Of a stretch of 64,000 nt of DNA, positions 13,329 through 26,717 are shown one piece after another. Both the position numbers and the translations under genes were made by a program. The notes under the pieces are model-generated. The model ran no database searches, had not been told where the DNA came from, and saw only the letters and a program-made list of their open reading frames with translations. This stretch comes from Camelus ferus (Eukaryota): positions 105,836,001 through 105,900,000 of the forward strand of contig NC_045697.1 of assembly GCF_009834535.1 (NCBI RefSeq), given 5' to 3'. Within the stretch, counting starts at the first letter, position 1, and each line of letters opens with the position of its first letter.

Positions 13329-15840
13329 GTGTCCTATATATCTTGTTGATTTTATCTATTGCTTAAAAGAACTGACTCCATAGCAAAGTTATAAAAGAAT
13401 CTCCCTAAGCCTTCTTTAGGTGCTTTTATTGATTCATTATTTAAAACATTTGAATCTTTGCATCCTTTGGAATTTATTATTAGAATATGGTAAAAGTATA
13501 TTTTATACCTATGGTATAAGTAAATTTTATTTTTTTTCAGGTGGCAACTAGATTATTCCATTTATTTAATATCCTACCTTTTTAAATGCCAACTTTTGAC
13601 TGTTTCTAGATTTCTTTATTCTTATATAGTGGTCTGTTTTGTCTATGTATATACAAGTATCACGTTGGTTTAATTGCAGGATTGAGGCTTTAAATACAAG
13701 GTTTTAATATCTAATCAGGCTAATCCTACCATCATTGCCCTTCTTTTTCAGAATTTCTTTCAGAATTTTTCAGAAATTCTTGTCTACTTTTCCTCATGAA
13801 CATAGTATCCATTTTTCTAGTGCTTCAAATCTCATTGGTATTTTTACTGGGAATCCATTACACTTATAAATTAACTTCCAGAGAATTGACATTTTGTAAC
13901 ATTGAGGTTTTAACCGAACAGCTTGGTATGTTATTCATTTGAGCAGCATTCCTTTCATCTGGTTTTGCATGTTTGTTTTGACAAGTTTCTTTCATATAAT
14001 ATTGCATATTTCCTTTGATTCCTAGGTATTTTCCTTTATTTTTTAATTGCTTATGAAAAATGAGTCTTGTTTTATTATAGCTCCAAACTATTTATTGTTA
14101 GTTTATGTGAAATCCATATTTTTAATATTAATTTATACTTTATCATCTTATGGAGTGATCTTGTTTGTGTTAGTTTAAGTTGATTTTCTTGGTTTTTCCA
14201 AGTATACAAATATAACATCTGCAAAAGTGATAATTTTACCTCTTACTTTCCAAATTTTATGCCTCTAAATACTTCCTCTTCTCTCATTATGTTGATGATG
14301 ATGGTGGGCTTTTTTTTTTTTTTTTTTTTTTGCATGATTTCTGTGTAAATGTCTCCAGTCCTTCCCCATCAAGTATGATGTTGACTTGTGGGCTGATATA
14401 GTCATATAGCATTAAGGAAATCTCCATCCATTTTCATTATGTCATGTTTGACTCCTCTTGTAGAAGTTTCCTCAAGATAGCTTCATGGGAACAGTATTTG
14501 TTGGTTTCTTGCAAGTCAGAACTGTTTCTCTATAGCCTTTGCAATTGGATATAATTTTGGCTATATATAAACTTGTAGATGATCCTTTACTCAAGAAAAC
14601 TACTGTAGAGAGACATGGTACCAACTTAATTTTTCCCCTGTTTATAAGTGTGGTGGTTATAAGATGTATTATTCAAACAGGGGCAATCTTAAGAGTAAAG
14701 GAGTGTTCTCTTAAGAATTATACTGGGAAAAAAAGCCATAAACTGGGACTGCCCTCCCTTCCTCCAAAAAAAAGAGCCTGAGATACATGGGGACATTAAC
14801 AACCAGTGCTTTCTTTATTTTAAGTTACTCAAGATTTATTTCTTTACCATTAAGGTTTAGTAACTTTATTAAAATATATCTCAGTGCTGAATGTTAAGTA
14901 TTCAAGTTTCTAGGGCACATAGGAAATTTCAATGTGTAGATTCTCAACAAAGTTTTCTTGAGTTACATTTTTTTCAGTGTTTATTTTGTTCCATTATTTT
15001 GCTTTCCTTCCAAGATCATATATTGATTTTCCTTTGCTTGTGCTTTATGACAAACATTTTCTCTCTAATCCTTCTTAACCTTTAATTTCAGATTCAACTT
15101 GATTACTTTTCTCATTTCTGATGTCTGTCCCTTACTGTGCTCCTCCATGTATAATTTATTGTGTGCTATTTTCAATTGCACTTTATTTCTGTGATTATAT
15201 ATATATTTCATTTCTGAGTTCTACAAAATCACATTTTATCTCCTGTTTTTATCATCTTTTCCCTTAGATTTTACATTTCTGTTTTATAATATTCCTTCAA
15301 AGATGTAATTGTATCATCAAGTTTGAAATTTTCCATGGCAAAATCCTTAGACATAATTTGTATCAGCCCATGGTACCACATTTTCATGAGTGTTCTTTAT
15401 CTGCTGATAACTTTTGCTGTTTTAATCAAATTTTTTTCTTACCTTTATATGGATACTGTGCCATGTAATTTTTAAATTACTTTTCTTTGGAAGAATTGTA
15501 TTTTCCAGGACCAACAACTATTAGTAGAAATTTCCTATGAGGAGTTAAATAGGGCAGGGTATTCTTCTAGGAAACAGAACCCAAAGGTCTCTATTTTGGT
15601 TTTGTTTCTGTGTAGGCAGGATGTTTCTGATAAACATTCATCTTTATCTAGCTCTATCTTCACTGATTTTTATGAGCTAATCATATCCAAAAGGGTACTG
15701 CCACCAGCCTTGTTCATTCCAGTTATCATACCTGAAGGCAAATGTTATGGGTTTTATAATTCAGGATGAGCCCTTTACTTTCAAAAAATGTATTTTATCC
15801 AAGACAAGGAGGGAAATGCTGAGTTACACAGCTGTCTTTC
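13329..15840 (-). mobile_element. Old LINE-1 continuation (ORF2, then ORF1/5' region), very degenerate
   Basis: Antisense L1 blocks 'agaattgacattttgtaacattgag', 'ttcctaggtatttt', 'catctgcaaaagtgataattttacctctt'. ORF1-like antisense T-rich sequence after about 14450. Right boundary uncertain. Confidence 0.65.
14650..14800 (+). mobile_element. MER94-like hAT/Blackjack DNA transposon remnant
   Basis: 'tattattcaaacagggg..taagagtaaaggagtg..aattatactgggaaaaaaagccataaactgggactgccc' resembles the MER94 consensus as I recall it. Confidence 0.6.
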
Positions 15841-15849
15841 TCCCAGAGA

Positions 15850-16095
15850 TTCTTTTGAACCAGCTCTGATCAGCACTTCTCACCAGCCCGCTGAAAGATT
15901 TCTTGTCAGAAATCATTAATAACCTCTCCATTGCTTATTCCAATGGTCAAATTTTAGATATTATTTTATGTGGCTTACCATCAGCACAGTTGCTTATTCT
16001 CCTTTTTTGAAACATTTTCTTTGATTGTATTCTAGGACATTATTCTCTCTGTTTTCCTCCTACCTCATTGGCTAATTCTTCTCAGTCTACTTTTA
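15850..16095 (+). mobile_element. LINE-2 RT-region fragment, right half of the split element
   Basis: 'cttgtcagaaatcattaataacctctccattgcttattccaatggtcaa..ttttcctcctacctcattggctaattcttctcagtct' continues the L2 consensus from where 8330-8575 stops. Confidence 0.8.
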
Positions 16096-17644
16096 TTGAT
16101 GCATTTGAAATATTTCATTTTATTTTTGAAGAAAGGGAAAACAGATTAATCTCACCAGGGAATATATAGCAAATACATATAGAATGAGAAGAACCTGTGG
16201 AATGAGTACAGAGCTTATTGTGCCTAAGGAACTGATTGAAGTGATCGGCAAGGATTGACAAGGATTATAATCTACCTAAGCTTAAACAACTCTCAAGGAA
16301 AAAAGAATTTTACCTGGATCCTTATTTCATCAGATGCCTAGTAAAGTGAGCAATGACTAAAGATGTCATTGATATCACTTAGAAAAGGCAGTTGGTTTGT
16401 AGTTTTAGAGATAATTGTACTTGGTTATTTGAAAAAAAACCCATACATGCAATAAATGCATAACAACTTTTTCTATGGATCTGATTTACACTAGTTACTA
16501 GGACTACAGAGATGAATAAGATGAAAATGGAAAAAAAAAATCTGAGTTCACAGTCCAGTGGGGAAGGTGGACAAATAAACAGTTATAATACTGCTATAAT
16601 AGTGCAGTAATAGGGATGTGTGGGGTGCCATGGGGGCAGAGAGCTGTGAGAGTGAGCCTCCCACATGTCAATAGAGATCTGTGCTCACAGAGAAACTTTA
16701 TCCAGTGCCATGCTGTCAGCAACTGTGTTCCAAAATCTACCCTAATTATTAGTCCTCACTGCCAAATCCAGGGCCTCCCACTAGAAATTATTAGACTCCA
16801 GGTTTTGTGATTTTTTTTCAAGTAATAAGGCATTTGTTAAACTCAGTACATTCTTAGGAAGTTTCTATACTCCGATTTAAGTGCCATGTGGCTAACTTTA
16901 TCAAGCTTTTTCTCCTGCTTCTAAAATAACCTTATCAAACCAACAACAAGCGAGTGCCTGTGGATCAGCATTTGCGGCATTCAGAAGCAAATTTGTCCTC
17001 TCCAGAATCTAGTGGTAAGAGATACGAAGAAAAACCTCCCTTAGGAAGAAGTACTGAGATGATTTTCTCAACCAAAACCCAATTTTTTAGATATTAGTTG
17101 GTTCCATCTGATGATGCTGTGAGTTTAGTTATGGGTAAAAGCAAGTACAATAACATCTATAATGAGGGTCAAGTGGACGACAAACCTAAAAATGTCCATC
17201 CAAAGAGTGGCATTAAACAGAAATGGTCTAAATATTAAAAGATTAATAATGAGAGTTTTCTCCCCAGACTGCTATTCACGAGTGTAATATTGTGCCTGTA
17301 TTTAAGGAGCTGTTTTCCTCTTGGATTTATGTCTGTCAGAAAAAAAGCACCATGGGGCAAAATTCTCCTGGTTGAGATGATTTATAGCTTTGGCATTGTC
17401 ATGATTGCTCTGAGCCCTCAGCTCTCCTGCCATCAGGTAAATAGATTTTATAAAGGTGAGATGGCTTTTACATTGGAACCGGTGATAGAGAAAATTTGTG
17501 TCCCTTTTGGGAAGTAATGCCATCTGCATTTCTTGGGGTAGCTTAATCAGAATGAGAGGATAACAAATTTGCTATTCTGTGAACTTGGAAACTCATTGGA
17601 GAATGGTTTCTGTACTCAGAGATTATTTCCCTTAATTAATTAAT

Positions 17645-17834
17645 TAAAGTTCAAAGTGGAATGGATTCCATTTAACCAGAGAGATCAGGGAAGGTTTTAC
17701 AAAGGCAGTTCTGGGTTGGGTTTTGAAGTCTGTGTGAGAAGAGGAAAAAGACAATGGGGAAAGAGAGTCACTCATTTGGAGGACATTCCAGGAGATGAGT
17801 GTAGTCAGAAAAGATGTTAGTAGAGGAAAGGAGT
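17645..17834 (-). repeat. Left arm of an inverted duplication (L2-derived)
   Basis: Aligns by eye, end to end, with the reverse complement of 18416-18636. Confidence 0.9.
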
Positions 17835-18359
17835 TAATTAATACAGTCAGCATCTCCCTTATTTTAACCACAACGTTTTCCCCCTCAGTTAGGTCCTAAA
17901 ACCTTAAAGTTGAGGGAAGTAATTTCCCAGAACCAAGGTTTCATTTAGGCAAATCATGCTATTGCTAAGAGGATGACAAATGATAATATTTACATTTAGA
18001 ACCCAGTCATACCTACGTTATGAAGGAGGAATTTTAGTAGTTGAGTGGTAAATTCCAGAGAAAATAAGGTTCTGCCTGGGAATATCCCTGGTCTGTACTT
18101 GCAAGAGGTAGAAATGGCATCATATTTCTAGTTTGTAGGGTAGAATAATTGCCTTAGTTTTCTGAATTGGGTATTAGCTTAAAGTTCTGTAGGAAAATTT
18201 AGGCCTTTGGGAGGTAACAACTAGGAAAAAATGTACATAACATTTACTCTATTTCATTTCTCTAGAGTGTATGCTCTTGGCAGGACAGTCTTTTGATACA
18301 ATTCACTTCATGTCTCAGTCTCTGATGATGATAAATATGGCCTTATTGATTGTTAAATA

Positions 18360-19280
18360 ATGTCAAATCCCTAAGTACCACACCCAAGGTCCTCCATCAT
18401 CTGGACTACTCCTATACTCCTTTCTTCTACTAACTTCTCAAACATCCTATTTTCTGTCTACACTTGCCTCCTGGAATCTCCCTCCATGTTCTCTGCTTTA
18501 TGCATCTGAGTGACTTTCCCTGTCCCCCTGTCTTTCTCCTGCTCTCACACACAGACTTCAAAACCCATCTCAAATCTGCCTTCATGAAACCTTCCCTGAT
18601 CTTTCTAGTTAAATGGAACCCATCCATTGAACTTTATACTTTGCCTTAGAACTTTCACATGGTAGACTCTTCTATAATTGTTATAAAATACATTTATGGG
18701 TTTTTTTTTTTTTAACTTCAAATATATTTCTTGAGCACCTACTAGAGGCCAGGCACAAACCTGGTATTAGAACATGACAGAGAACAACTTCATGGACTCC
18801 ATGTTCTCAAGGGAGGAATAGGGAGAGAGGGAGAAGAAGAAGAGAGAGAAGAAAAGAAACAAACACAAATAAATAAATGAAAAAAAGACTGAATAAATAA
18901 GTAAATAAATAAACATATTTTAATAAATGCTATGAGTAAAACAAACTAACAACAAAAACCAAGGGGCTAATTTAAAACTATCACAGAAGTTGAGGAATTT
19001 TAGAAATAGAATCCATAAGATTTGCTGATAAAATGGATGCATGGGTTAAGAAGAGAGAATAAAGGACAACTCTTAAATTTTTGGCTTTGGTAACAAAGCA
19101 GATAGTAGCTCCATTTCCTGGGGTCAAGAAGGACAGGAGGTTGTGGATGACAGATTTGGAGGGGGCAAAGTTGATCTTTTCTACTAGATTTTAAGCTCTT
19201 TGAGAGCGGAGAAGAGTTTTACCTATTTCCTCCACAGCCCACAGTGTCTTTTGAGTAATAAGCGCAATAAATATCTCCTC
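18360..19280 (+). mobile_element. LINE-2 3' region containing the right arm of the inverted repeat, interrupted by antisense L2-like sequence at about 18715-19170
   Basis: L2 3' motifs 'caaggtcctccatcatctgg', 'ttcatgaaaccttccctgat', and the terminal 'actagattttaagctctttgagagc..caataaatat'. Antisense L2 tail 'aaatatatttcttgagcacctactagaggccaggcac' at about 18720. Confidence 0.65.
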
Positions 19281-21671
19281 AGTCAAACTGTGGAAAAGCC
19301 AGTGCCCACGACTGCCCCAGTGAGATCATCGCTTCTGAAAGCATTTATCTACAGTATATATGGATATAAATGAAGATGCATTTTTAACATTTGCATAAAC
19401 GGAATGGACATACTACATCAATTAATCACACTTGGCAAGGGGAGGATATATCAATTAACTTGCTGTCTTTCAGACTTTGGCTGCACACAGCAGAGTGATA
19501 TAAGGAACCGGAAAATGTATGGTTAATTTGGCTCATGGAGACGTGCACCTATTAAAATGGGCCATATCAGTCACAAAAATGAGGAATTGGTGTTCCACTT
19601 TGAGTTCTGTAAACAAAACCTTCATGCTTCTTGCTTATGGACAATTCTAGCTTGTACTTGCATGACCTTGGCCTTTTCTTTGCAGCCTAGTTGCTTAGAT
19701 GTGTATTAGCCAAGGCTTCTTTATAAAGTGCCTAGTTGAATATATTCACTCCAGAATTTCTGGAAACTTTCCTGATGGATCCAGGACTTTAAATAGATAC
19801 AACATCAGAGGTAACATAGCTGCAGTGACAGAAGGACGACTCTGCAGGGCATTCTCCAGAGTAACACCTATGTGGCAGCTACATCTTTCTGAGTTCCTTC
19901 AGTTTCTGGAGCGTCCAAGGGGAAAAGCCATTCCACCTGCATTCTTGGTGTTTGACACTGTGCTTTATGCAAACTTGCCCACTTGGTAAATACCTTCACA
20001 GGATCTGGTTTGCCTTTTCTTTCTGGCACCTAAGTTAAGAATTTATCCCTCTTAAAGTATTTGCCAATCTCATTTATATTTGAAAGGCAAGTATGAACAC
20101 TGGAGACATCTCTGGCCACATTATTTTCCTCTGAGTTTCTGGGGAGGGTAAGGAATGCTGCCCTGTGGGTGCCGTAGAGCGTGCCTGTGGGGGAAAGCCT
20201 TGAAAATAGGCTTCCCAGGTGTGGCCACTGGACACACAGACACTCTTTCTAAACTGCCCATAACTATCTCAGGGAAAAAGTTTTAGTTCTTCGATGAAAA
20301 GATGCTTAATGACAAAGATATGCCTCTCTTGATTATTTTCTTTTGGAGACGGAGTTCACACAATCAACTTATTTGGCCTGGCCTTTAAAAAAAAAATGAT
20401 CGTCCCGTGTAAGATGTTAATGTTTATCCCTTATTAAATGCCTAGTCTAATGAAACAAACTCTCCACCTTGAACAAGAACATTGATTTTCTGTTTAAGAT
20501 TTTTGTCGATAAAATCGTGGTGATTAGTGAGGTTGCAGTTAGTTATTAAGTCTTAATATATGGGTGTAATGCCTGGCCTCTTAAAGGCCATCGTTTTTCA
20601 AATAATGTTTCAATGACCCATCAGGTTTCCTGAGGTCTTTTGAGTTTCCACTGCTCATAATCTTCTATTGTGTTAAGAGGATTATGAGGTACTCCAGGGA
20701 ACAAGTGCTAGTGGCCAAACAGGTTTTTATTTCCAACAATGGGAGGAGTTTTCATTAAGAATTGAATAATCCTACATTTATTAGGCCTTCAGGGCATCCC
20801 ATGCCCAATGAGTATAATACCCACAAGGTCTTTTCTCTTCTCTTTTCTTTTTTCTTTTACCTTTTTCAGATAGAACATAGATCCAAAAATTTTTTTTTTA
20901 AATTCTCAATATAAGAAGGAAGAAGCTTTGCATCAAGTAGAGTGGAGGAAGGAGGCAGTTACTTGAGGTCAGACCCTCTTTCACTCATCCATGCCATTCT
21001 TCTGCATCTATGGCTTAGCAGCTGGAGGCTTTATAAATTAAGGAAATTTATTTTTAAAGTTTCCTCTAAATTTATGAAACCACTTTTGTTCATTGAAGAC
21101 ATTGGAAATGACACCAAGGCGTGTATAGTGTCTTCCACACAATACAGCCACTGTTCTTCCTGCCCTACTTAAGGCCAGTCACTGTTATTGGGTTAATAGG
21201 TATCTTTTCATCCCTTTTATTCTGTGCACACCTACAGGCATGCTAGTTATGCACATGTGTATAGGTACCCCAGAGACACATGTGTGGCTGTGGCATTGGT
21301 GTTGTTATTGTTTGAGTCAAAATGGAATCATGCAATACAGCTAACTTTCACCAATGTATCAAGGACATACTGCATGGACAATATAATTCCATATTAGACA
21401 GTTACTAAAAATATTTAAAGAAAACTGATTTATTTTTAAACAAACTAATCAGCATCCAAAATGGTTGTTCTTTTTATACTAATTCCATTGGAAGTCTAGA
21501 TATATTCTTTATAAAATGCTACCACTTTTTTTTGAAATAGTTTTCACTCTTTTGATCTACTTTTAGAGCCAATTTAGACAATCTATCTCTTTGCTTTGGG
21601 ACCTCAGAGCAAATGGGCCATGAAATTTTTTGTTTTACGTATATTATGCTTTTTCTGAAAAATAGAGCCCA

Positions 21672-22743
21672 TTTCAGCACACAGAATTCTAAGATGGCTC
21701 TCAGGGGCCCTACTTTTGAGGTACAGGCCTGTATAATCCTCTCATAATGAGTATGAAGGGGCTTGTGACTATAATGGGATATTACTTACGGGATTAGACT
21801 ATGTTTTATGGCAAAGATGTAATTAAGGTCTCTAATCAATTGACTTTGAGTTAATCAAAAGAGAGATCATCTTGGTTGAGCCTGACCTAATCAGTAAGTC
21901 ATTTAAATCTGAGTCCAGAGGCCTGAGACAATGTAAGATGTTCAAAGTTGTGGTAGATGTTCTCTTGTTAGCCTTAAAGGAGCAAACTCTCTATTCCATG
22001 CTGTAGAGAGGACCATGTGGCAGGGAGTGTCAAGCAGCCTCTAGCAACTAAGAGTGACCCCTGGCTAACAACCAGCAAAAGAGTGGGGACCCCAGTTATC
22101 TACCTTCAAGAACTGAATTCATCCAATGACCAGTGAGCTTGGAAGAGGACACAGCCTCAGATTAGATTGCAGTCCTGGCTGACACCTTGATTTCAGCTTC
22201 TGAGATGATGAGCAGAAGACTCAGCTAGTCCATGATGGATTCCAGACCACAGAAACTATGAGAAAATACATTTGTGTTGTTTCAAGTCACCAAGTGTTAT
22301 GGGTTGAATTGTGGCCACCAAAAGATATGATCTGGGAATCTCAGAATGTGATCTCATTTGGAAGTAGGATCTTTGCATACATAATTAAAGATCTTGAGAT
22401 GAGATCATCCTGAATGAGGGTGGGCTAGAAAAAGTGGAGACACAGTCAGTAAAAAGAAGGACACATGAAGATGGAGAAGGAGATTGGAGTGATGCCGACT
22501 GCTTCTGGCAGTCACCTGAAGCTGGGAGGGAGTCATGGGATGGTGTCACCCTCAGAATCTAGGAAAGAAACCAACACTGCTGATATCTTTATTTTGGACT
22601 TCTGGACTCTAGAACTGTGAGATAAAATTTTCTGTTGTTTTAAGTCCCCAGGTTTGTGGAAAGTATGTTACAGCAGCCCTAGGAAACTAATATATCACAT
22701 TTGTGATAACTTTTGTTACACGTAAATAGAAAAATGATATACA
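21672..22743 (+). mobile_element. MaLR LTR (MLT1E-like), interrupted near its 3' end
   Basis: 'cagaattctaagatggc..gatgtaattaaggtctctaatcaattgactttgagttaatcaaaagagagatcatc..cctgacctaatca'. The final piece 'tttgtgataacttttgttacac..gatataca' lies at 22695-22743. Confidence 0.85.
22295..22694 (+). mobile_element. MaLR solo LTR (MLT1B/C-like) nested in the MLT1E-like LTR
   Basis: Starts 'tgttatgggttgaattgtg' and ends 'gttacagcagccctaggaaactaatata', both typical MLT1 termini. Confidence 0.9.
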
Positions 22744-25700
22744 ACAGGAAAATGTCAGGAGACTATTTTTTCCCTCTCTATCAACACTGCATCTGCATCT
22801 CACATGGTAATAACTGGCTGAAGAGGTGGCCACTTGCTGTGTGCCTGAGCTTTGAGTGGCCTGGTTCCCTCCATGGACCACAGCACTCCCACAGTGCCAT
22901 CACTCACACTCATCCCTGGCCTGCTGCCTCATCTTCTGGGTCCTTATGGTCACTTGCAGTTTTGATCTTTGCTTTATGGTTTTGCTTTATTTTTTCAACC
23001 TCAGACCATATTTTCCAATTTTTGGCACTTCACTGCTTCTCAGAATTGAATATACTCCCCCAGCAGCACTGAGTTTATTCAGAATAGAAATTTGGAAATG
23101 ATAGAGAATTCCAAATTAGATCCAAAACTATATTGTACCTAAGCAGTCTTTTCAGAGCAGACTTAGCCAAGCAAACCCTATACTGAACTTGAAATGAGGT
23201 GGCCCTTTGCACCAGAGAGCTACTTATTTTTCAGTGCAAAAAGTGAATTTTCTAAAACATACACTACTGTTTCCTGCCCTTATGCTATGATACCAGCACA
23301 GAATATATATGAATCCTAATTTCAGTGGAAACTGAACTTGTCAAAGACATGCTGACTTTCAAAGATACATTCTGATTGAATCTACTTTGAGTTAGGTTCA
23401 TAGTTCATGCTGTGTAGTCTGCTGATTCCAGCTTCTCCCTTTCATACTTGGGTTGGCAGCGGGAGTCAGAATACTACCTGTTCCTTAAGAATGAGTTTTT
23501 CTTTCACGGAAACCATCTACAATTGAGCTTATGCTCAGCATCAAGACTTCCATTTCTACCTCCTATTGCAGATTACAGCCTAGACTTATTACTCATTCAA
23601 ATAAGCAAAAACTTGCCAATGGCTTTAATAATTGTTTCTTTGTCTGCCAGTAGTGAGAATCACTTGAGTTAAAATGATGAGAAATGCCAAAGAGCAAATA
23701 AGTTTTTTCAACAGGTCCTTTTAACAGGAAACTAACTAGTAGAGTGGAGAACCAACATCTTCACAGCTGAGAAGGGAAAAGTTGATAAAGCTCTGAGGAA
23801 AAATGATGTGACAGATTAACTATAATAGAGAACAAGATCCTTTTAAGTTTGATTCTTAACCTGACTTGAGAATAAAACTTGAGCCACTGTCACTTAAGGA
23901 TATATGGCAGTCTGGGAGTTGTGTTTTGATGATGGCTGGGATTGAATTTCAATCAGAATTCAATGTTCAGGTTCACTGCTACCCCCATCATTACTGTTTT
24001 ATACTGACACTGCATCAGAGTCGGGGTCAAGCTTGTGTTTGGCAAATGAGACATTGCTAGTTTCCCCAAATCCCCTGGGGTTTGTTGTAAGTAAGTTTCT
24101 CTGATGATCATCATCACTGAACAGGATTTATTGAGCACTAACTGGGTGCCTGGAATTGTGTGAATCCATTTCATTTGTAAGAGTGTTTTCATCACTTATT
24201 TCCTTTTTCTTAAAAGAGTAAGAATACCTTCTATTATTGTTGACAACATGCAAGTAAGGATATTTAATTCACTACCCTCTCACTTTGAGCTGGAAAGGAA
24301 ATTGAAGCATGTATGTAAGTAAGCATTTTCCAGTGAGTCCATCCCCAAATATGTCACCTGAGATTTAACCTTCTTCTGGGTTGACTGGCTCTTCTGTTAG
24401 GACCATTTGAATAAATTACTCTTCTAAGCATTTGTGTCTGTACTCTAAAAGTTTCAGATCTCATCTCCACTTTGACTTGTAGGTTTCTGAGCTAAGTTAC
24501 AGGCAATGGAAAGGGTCAGGCCAAAGAGGGGGAACAAAGTGCAAACAGGTGATGACACTGGACGTAGAGCTTCAAATGGAAATGAAAGCCATCAATGTGA
24601 CATAATAAAAAATATCCAGTTTTGCAGCTTTTCAGAGGACTTGTGTGTACCACCCACGGTATGTCTATTTGTTGACAAAGAAAGCAGGGAATAAAATATT
24701 TGTGAGGTATGTTAGGAGAGTGCCTAAGGTTCTTTCCTCAAGACAAAGGCATAGTGTTTACTATGTCATCCAGAAGAGTTAGGTGTTATTTCTTTTCCTT
24801 TCTTCACTTATTTAAAATATTTTATTCTTTCTGCTAAATCACTTGATAAAAGGAGGTGTCAAACACTCATCTTGGAAAATCTTAGCAGAACATTCTAAAT
24901 TGTTCAATTAAAAATTGTACAGGTTTGGTTGTGGACTAAGGACAAGTCTAAATGCTCTCTTGTTAAAACCCCACTCCACTTTCATATTTTCTGCATTATC
25001 TTTTGAATCTTATTCATTCATTATTCAGGAGTAAAAGCAGACTAGTGCAATGAAGAAGGAACCATTTCTCTTGTGGGTGTTTCATTTTTGGCTTCTTAGA
25101 TCACTGCCAGGGCCAATACTAATTAGTTGCCATTGTTTGTTTTAGTTTTTTGCCTAAGTGGGTGGATAGAAGATCAGCTTTTACATTGCTGTTTTTGTTT
25201 ATTGTTTTCTTACTTTTCCTTAGGTTGAAAAACCCTGCCTCTGCTGTTTTACTCATTGTGACAAAAATGTGCTTAATTAAACATAAGATTATACAGATGC
25301 TTCAGCAAGTGTCTTTCAGTACAAAAGCACCTATCTGGCTAAAAGAAGGGAAGCCTTCCCTTCCAACTCCTCCTGCATTTAAAGAAAACAAAAACAGTTG
25401 ATGATATTGCTTGGGTCCAAATGTATAGGTATCTGGAGGCAAGAATGTATGCTACAACAAAAATTAAATTCTCCTGTTTATTTAGAAATCACATGAATGC
25501 TTAAAGAAATGTTAAGCCAATAGGATATTATACAAAGGTATTATTCCATTATATGTGTATATAGCTATGTTTGCCAAGAATAATTATATTGAAGATAGTG
25601 GAGACATACTTTACATTCTTTAGACAGTAGCGCATAATGGCAAGTGCTATCCGACAACATCAAACATTAGTGAAAGAAAATGTTGAAAATGATTTATTTA

Positions 25701-26551
25701 ATAGAAATCTATATTTTATGTACTGCTGGTAATGTTTTCTTTCAACATTCGAGTTTTAAAGGAAAAGTTGAGCATGTCACAACATTGAGTAACTTATCCC
25801 GATGGCTTTCAGATCCCTGGTCCTTCATGATACCTCCTTCCTCCCTCTCCAGCCCAGTCTCCCTCCAGGACACCATATACATCCTTCACCAAAGGCTACA
25901 AGATTCAGATTGACGATCATCATCTCCACTCTGTTTTTCCTTTTTCCTCCTCTTTTTTTTTTTTTTTTGCCATTGTCTGATTCAAATTTTCTATATTTGT
26001 CACATTTTTTCCCTGCTTTAAGACACTTCTCTTTGAATATGACCTTATAATTTTATGATTGACAAATTACTAAAGATATTTAACTTTTTCATTCATTTCT
26101 ATGGCCTATAAGTTGCAGTTATAATTGCAAGTGAAAACTGGAGTTTGTGACCAGCTCATAGTTAGGACACTGTTAAGTTGGATTGGAAAAACTCCTTTGT
26201 GGAGAGATTGGCAGAATATTCTCAGTGAAGCCCATTCCAAAATGTACAGTTCATTGCTCTTGCAGTAGAATTAGTTTATGTAGATTTATTTGCTCTAAAT
26301 AAATACCCGACAATGACCATTTCAACAGATGATATAGATAAAATCCCTCAGACATAATGTCATCTCACAAACAAAACAGGAGAAAAGCCACATGTTTTTC
26401 CTTTATTGTTTACAAAAATGATACTCAAAACCAACCAACAAACAAAAGAAGGAATGTATCTTGAGAGGTCCCTATCTTGGCCCTGCATGATGGTTACTGA
26501 AGTCTGGTAAAGTCTGGACACACTAGAAGCATGAGATTATCTCCTTGGTTT

Positions 26552-26717
26552 TTTAATTTGCATTCTTTTTTATTGAAGTACAGTTTACAGTGTTATATCA
26601 ACTTCTGGTGTACAGCATGATGTTTCAGTCATACATATACATACATATTTTCATTTTCATATTGTTTTTCATTATAGGCTACTACAAGATATTGAATCAG
26701 GTTCCCTGTGCTATACA
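26552..26717 (-). mobile_element. Young LINE-1 3' stub with 14-bp TSD
   Basis: TSD tatctccttggttt (26538-26551) and tatctccttgtttt (26718-26731), followed by aa (canonical TTTT/AA). Confidence 0.9.
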
